Shown here: in pieces, positions 54,413-57,742 of the stretch
Numbering within the stretch: position 1 is the stretch's first letter
How the letters are laid out: every line of letters begins with the position of its first letter
IMG/VR virus record: IMGVR_UViG_2616645027_000001
Direction: 5' to 3' (one strand)
DNA length: 57,742 nt
From: a virus
Position numbers and translations under genes: made by a program
The notes under the pieces: model-generated
Told to the model about the DNA's origin: nothing
Databases searched by the model: none
The model's input: only the letters and a program-made list of their open reading frames with translations

Positions 54413-54624
54413 TCTACATTTGGCCGATCTTTTATCTACATTTGGCCGATCTTTTATCTACATTTGGCCGATCTTTTATCTACATATCTACATTTGGCCG
54501 ATCTTTTATCTACATTTGGCCGATCTTTTATCTACATTTGGCCGATCTTTTATCCGATCTTTTATCCGATCTTTTATCCGATCTTTTATCCGATCTTTTA
54601 TCCGATCTTTTATCCGATCTTTTA
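54413..54624. repeat. Iteron array: 6 x 22-bp (TCTACATTTGGCCGATCTTTTA) then 6 x 12-bp (TCCGATCTTTTA), 12 GATC sites
   Basis: Counted directly. One 8-nt partial unit lies at 54479-54486. GATC spacing is 22, 22, 30, 22, 22, then 12 six times. Confidence 0.95.
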
Positions 54625-54658
54625 TTCGGTTTGTTAACGACTATAATAAGGCACAGAT

Positions 54659-54732
54659 ACAAGTTGCATTTTGGTGTGGGGCTACGGATACAAGTTGCAC
54701 TCTGGCCGATAAAACAACTACATAAGTTGCAT
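54659..54732 (+). promoter_or_regulatory. Three phased copies of the motif ACAAGTTGCA(T/C) (candidate operator)
   Basis: Copies at 54659-54669, 54690-54700 and 54722-54732 (ATAAGTTGCAT), spaced 31 and 32 nt. More copies lie at 6853, 55053 and 56288. Confidence 0.5.
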
Positions 54733-54740
54733 TTTGTACG

Positions 54741-54778
54741 GACAACAAAAATCCCCGCAGGACTAACCATACGGGGAT
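54741..54778 (-). terminator. Intrinsic terminator after the Q-like gene
   Basis: On the minus strand: ATCCCCG-14 nt-CGGGGAT followed by TTTTTGTTGT. Confidence 0.55.
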
Positions 54779-54850
54779 CACAGGAGCTAAACAAAAAATG
54801 AAAATAAAACGTTGGCTAATCAAACCAACAAACATAGTCTAACAAAACTA

Positions 54851-55270
54851 TTATTCGTTGTCAAGTTCTTTTGAAAGCATGAGAGATAAAATGTCTTTGG
54901 TAGTGGATAACATTTTCCTATGAGCGTTATAAGTGCGGCCAGACGAAGCCAACCAGCGTGTACGAACGTCGTTTCTGTCTTTACGTCTTACTACATACTC
55001 AATTAGTATTGTCTCTCTTTGTAAAACAGGCAAGGACTTCACGGCATTATCTACAAGTTGCATTTTTGCATCGTGCCCGGTAAGGTCGATCATTGGGGTA
55101 GGCTCATGATACATAGTTGTCTCGGTATTATTATTTTTAACTAACTCCCCTAACCAAGATTTTATACCGAGTTGTTTTAACTGCCCTCTGTTTTCATGAA
55201 ATACCCAATCAGCCCATTGGTTTAAATATTCTGCTACGCTGGCTCTTCCGGCCCTAGAATTTATTAGCAT
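54851..55270 (-). CDS. Regulator candidate: Q-type antiterminator-like / sigma70 region-4-like, 139 aa
   Basis: The N-terminal EYLNQWADWV and C-terminal LPVLQRETILIEYVVRR resemble the phage Q (PF06530-type) pattern as recalled from memory. Confidence 0.35.
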   Translation of the reverse strand: MLINSRAGRASVAEYLNQWADWVFHENRGQLKQLGIKSWLGELVKNNNTETTMYHEPTPMIDLTGHDAKMQLVDNAVKSLPVLQRETILIEYVVRRKDRNDVRTRWLASSGRTYNAHRKMLSTTKDILSLMLSKELDNE

Positions 55271-55504
55271 TTAACGTCCGAGGTCTTTGATTTCAGTTGA
55301 AGTTAGATGACGATACCCCTTAAAGGTATCTGACGACCTAATAGTAATGTTATCTACATGTATACCTGTACTCTCATAGAACTCATCTAACAAGTCACCT
55401 ATGTTTGAATCCAATTCCTTTTTCAATCTACGCACCGTACGAATCGAAATTAAATCTTTCGGTTTTTCTTTTTGAATTTCCGTTTTTGAATTTTGGTTTT
55501 TCAT
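55271..55504 (-). CDS. Hypothetical protein, 77 aa
   Basis: Track ORF abutting its neighbours. Confidence 0.5.
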   Translation of the reverse strand: MKNQNSKTEIQKEKPKDLISIRTVRRLKKELDSNIGDLLDEFYESTGIHVDNITIRSSDTFKGYRHLTSTEIKDLGR

Positions 55505-56247
55505 AATTGGTTTTTGAATTTTGGTCCTTCGAGTTCGAAATTAAATGTGGTTATCGGTGTGTTTTCAAAGCGGTCATCTAAAACCACCTCTTTTTCCTGC
55601 TCGTGAACAAGGTAAGGTAGATCGTTTCCTTCGGGAAATACTTCTACATAATGGAGTAGCATTTGTAAGTTGCACACAAACGCTGCCCAATGTGGCTGGC
55701 CACTCTCATCGTCAATAGTCTGACCATTTTCGGCTATCTCCAAGTAATGCCTAGCAGCACACCCAATAGGGATCGACCATTTCATTCCTTTTACCCAATT
55801 CCAGCGTGTGTACTTAACGGACTCCCCAAATTCCCAAAGTCGAACAACGGGTTCGAAAACAAAACCTGAAACCCCATTCTCTTTATTGTATTCCACAACG
55901 TAGTCATAGACATGCTGAATCGCTTCAACCAAATGGACTTTATTTCCGGATAGTTGGAACTCACCTAGTTCGTGAAAAGCACCGCTAAGTAAGTTATCAA
56001 CATTTTCAATATAAGGGTAATCGGATAACAACATCAAACTGTAATCAGGTTTGCCACTATTAAAGCGAGCGCCGGACCCGATCTGATCAGAAGTTAAATC
56101 ACCCACATTATCCTTTTTCGAAAACTCACCTGTCTCTTTCGCGATTTTTACTTCAGCCGCTTGTTCAGGTGTCAAAGAAATGTCTTGACAAACCTCGCGT
56201 TCGTCAAGAGCCCCTCCAGTAAGAGGATCAATATTCTTGTTAATCAT
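55501..56247 (-). CDS. MazG-like all-alpha NTP pyrophosphohydrolase, dATP/dGTP diphosphohydrolase (MazZ/DUF5664)-like, 248 aa
   Basis: FNSGKPDYSLM...KYTRWNWVKGMKWSIPIGCAARHYLEIAENGQTIDDESGQPHWAAFVCNLQMLL fits the family pattern as recalled from memory. Confidence 0.45.
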   Translation of the reverse strand: MINKNIDPLTGGALDEREVCQDISLTPEQAAEVKIAKETGEFSKKDNVGDLTSDQIGSGARFNSGKPDYSLMLLSDYPYIENVDNLLSGAFHELGEFQLSGNKVHLVEAIQHVYDYVVEYNKENGVSGFVFEPVVRLWEFGESVKYTRWNWVKGMKWSIPIGCAARHYLEIAENGQTIDDESGQPHWAAFVCNLQMLLHYVEVFPEGNDLPYLVHEQEKEVVLDDRFENTPITTFNFELEGPKFKNQL

Positions 56248-56279
56248 TATATATGACCGTTAAATTGTTAACAGCCATT

Positions 56280-56308
56280 ATTGTAATACAAATTGCATTT
56301 CAGTGCAA
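56280..56308 (-). promoter_or_regulatory. Sigma70 promoter TTGCAC-17-TACAAT for the minus-strand early arm
   Basis: Read directly. Its spacer contains the ACAAATTGCAT motif (56288-56298). Confidence 0.55.
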
Positions 56309-56333
56309 CAACCTGTTATTTTAATAGACATTT

Positions 56334-56741
56334 GTACAGTACACTTTCTACAAACAAAACGTACTCTACTTTCCTTAATGATTTCAAGTACTTAGTGGCG
56401 TGCTTTAAAAAAGTACACTTTCCAAAAAAGTAACGTACTCTGTTTTGTACTTTTGTTTCCTCAATGATTTCAAGTACTTACAAGTAAAAAGTACGAAAAA
56501 GTACACTAAAAAGTACAAAACTCGATTCAGAAAACTTTTGAGAGTTTTCTAAAAACACTCTGTGAGATTTTATAGGGTATCTTATTATATATATTTTTAT
56601 AAAGTTTAAAAATAGAATATAAAGTGTACTTTTGTACTTTCTGTCCTAACAACTTGATTTTAAACACAAAAACAGAGTACAAAACACAGTACGTTTTAAT
56701 CCGACGAAAGTGTACTTTGTACTGTAATGGACAGTATGTAC
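56334..56741. repeat. GTAC-saturated control region (18 GTAC here, plus one at 56961), mostly as AAAGTAC(A)/GTACTTT
   Basis: Counted directly. Includes a phased triplet at 56491/56501/56513 and a 22-nt direct repeat at 56373-56394 and 56459-56480 (21/22 identical). Confidence 0.85.
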
Positions 56742-56933
56742 ACTAATTCCTTCACAATCATTAACTTTCTGCAAGAAAGGCCATTCATGAAACTTATACA
56801 CGTTTACAATATGTCTAGTATTTATAATGGACATTCGTGGTATAAGTAATGTTTAATAGTATGATAAATCATATAGATAATATTATTACGGTTATTAAAT
56901 TTGGAAATACCGACATCTATTTTGGAAATAAAG

Positions 56934-56962
56934 TTGCTTTTGTAGGTCATTTAATGTAAAGT
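56934..56962 (+). promoter_or_regulatory. Candidate plus-strand early promoter TTGCTT-17-TAAAGT
   Basis: Read directly, about 40 nt upstream of ATG 57002. A weak -10. Confidence 0.25.
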
Positions 56963-57001
56963 ACTGTTTTACTAATTAATCAAAACGTAGGAGTTTTCAG
57001 A

Positions 57002-57076
57002 ATGAAACCAATTGACTTATCAGTTAAAAGACTTAAAGATTTAGAGGCCTGCCAAGAAGGTATCGATTTGGTATGA
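57002..57076 (+). CDS. Leader ORF, 24 aa (MKPIDLSVKRLKDLEACQEGIDLV)
   Basis: GGAG SD. ATGA overlap with the YD-repeat gene start. Confidence 0.35.
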   Translation: MKPIDLSVKRLKDLEACQEGIDLV

Positions 57077-57741
57077 GTGACCGGGTCATTGTTAATGTGG
57101 AAGGGGACTATAATGGTTTTATCGGTTGGAATCTTGAAAGCCAAGGGATAGCATTTACTTACGATGAAAACGGGAACATGTTAACCTACACTTATCCCGG
57201 TGGTAATGCTTATTCTTGCATTTACGATGAAAACGGAAACATGTTAACAGAGACTCATCCCGGCGGTGATGTTTATTCTTACACTTACGATGAAAACGGG
57301 AACAGGTTAACAGCGACTCCTCCCGGTGGTGATGTTTATTCCTACACTTACGATGAAAACGGAAACATGTTAACAGCGACTTATTCGAAGGATGAAACAG
57401 TTTCTTACACTTACGATGAAAACGGGAATAGGTTAACAGAGACTTATCCTAGTGGTGAGGTTGTTTCTTGGACTTACGATGAAAACGGGAACATGTTAAC
57501 CTACACTTATCCCGATGGTAGGACAGTTTCTTACACTTACGATGAAAACGGGAATAAGTTAACAGAGACTTATCCTAGTGGTGAGGTTGTTTCTTGGACT
57601 TACGATGAAAACGGGAATGTGCTAACCTACACTTATCCTAATGGTAGGACAGTTTCTTGGACCTACAAATGGGCCGACAAAAACACGTTCGTTATTACAA
57701 AGGACGGGGATCAAATTTTAAAAGCGGAGTTTTCAGAATGA
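57073..57741 (+). CDS. Minimal YD-repeat (Rhs-repeat family) protein, 222 aa
   Basis: Eight 21-aa repeats with core Y-x-YDENGN-x-LT. No signal peptide and no toxin or core domain. Confidence 0.8.
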   Translation: MSDRVIVNVEGDYNGFIGWNLESQGIAFTYDENGNMLTYTYPGGNAYSCIYDENGNMLTETHPGGDVYSYTYDENGNRLTATPPGGDVYSYTYDENGNMLTATYSKDETVSYTYDENGNRLTETYPSGEVVSWTYDENGNMLTYTYPDGRTVSYTYDENGNKLTETYPSGEVVSWTYDENGNVLTYTYPNGRTVSWTYKWADKNTFVITKDGDQILKAEFSE

Positions 57742-57742
57742 A
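57666..57742. repeat. Terminal overlap identical to 1..77
   Basis: Exact 77-nt identity. Confidence 0.9.

Noticed and set aside
54413-54624. Possible CRISPR array
   Set aside because: The units are directly abutting with no unique spacers. The unit lengths (22 and 12 bp) are too short, and no cas genes are present.
54642-54647. Plus-strand TATAAT next to the iteron array as a promoter for an antisense or ncRNA
   Set aside because: There is no acceptable -35 at 16-18 nt (CTTTAT) and no plus-strand terminator downstream. I keep it only as a remote possibility.
54189-54835. Four track ORFs (54189..54725, 54442..54801, 54528..54794, 54641..54835) with periodic peptides such as SFIRSFIRSFIR and DLLSDLLSDLLS
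   Set aside because: They are translations of the 22-bp and 12-bp tandem repeats in several frames on both strands. They have no SD and overlap a promoter and a terminator, so I treat them as non-coding repeat DNA.
56646-56834. 62-aa minus-strand ORF in the divergent control region
   Set aside because: It lies within the GTAC-repeat and promoter region, has no SD, and its sequence is dominated by the repeats.
1-57742. Prophage, lysogeny module, DGR, retron or toxin-antitoxin content
   Set aside because: I recognised no integrase, CI/Cro-type repressor pair, reverse transcriptase or att-like flanks. The 77-nt end repeat is explained by circular assembly. Absence is judged by eye only.

Overview
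The window is a complete, circularly assembled dsDNA phage genome. Nt 1-77 recur exactly at 57666-57742, so the unique length is about 57,665 nt. No host flank, integrase or CI-type repressor is recognisable, so I read it as a lytic long-tailed siphovirus with a lambda-like packaging and head module. Host is unknown. Layout: (1) A plus-strand early and replication arm runs from about 57002 across the junction to 17571. It starts with a small YD-repeat protein, a lipoprotein and a membrane protein, followed by many tiny translationally coupled ORFs. It also carries an HD (SpoT-like) hydrolase, an NrdR-like zinc-ribbon protein, a HAD phosphatase, a Prim-Pol/SF3 primase-helicase, an SNF2 helicase, a family A DNA polymerase and a VRR-NUC-like nuclease. 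(2) A minus-strand early arm (56247 down to 51825) encodes a MazZ-like NTP pyrophosphohydrolase and a Q/sigma-region-4-like regulator, with three near-consensus sigma70 promoters. (3) A roughly 1.7-kb non-coding late leader (51971-50257) contains tandem terminators, a promoter candidate, tRNA-Pro(UGG), 26-nt direct repeats and several perfect palindromes. (4) One long minus-strand late operon (50256 down to 17585) encodes seven fibre-like genes, TerS, GpA-type TerL, gpW-like protein, portal, S49 protease/scaffold, decoration protein, gpE-like capsid, connectors, major tail, G/GT chaperones with an A-AAA-AAC slippery site, a 1528-aa tape measure, distal tail proteins and a 1164-aa fibre with a signal peptide. 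It ends with a lysis cassette and a post-lysis pair (511-aa lipoprotein, 518-aa metallophosphoesterase-like protein). The most unusual items are: the bracketed YD-repeat early cassette; a 212-bp array of 12 GATC-containing iterons abutting a perfect consensus promoter; a GTAC-saturated divergent control region; the structured late leader; the triplicated leader mini-ORF element; and the post-lysis lipoprotein/phosphoesterase pair. All functional calls rest on motif recognition by eye, since no searches were run.
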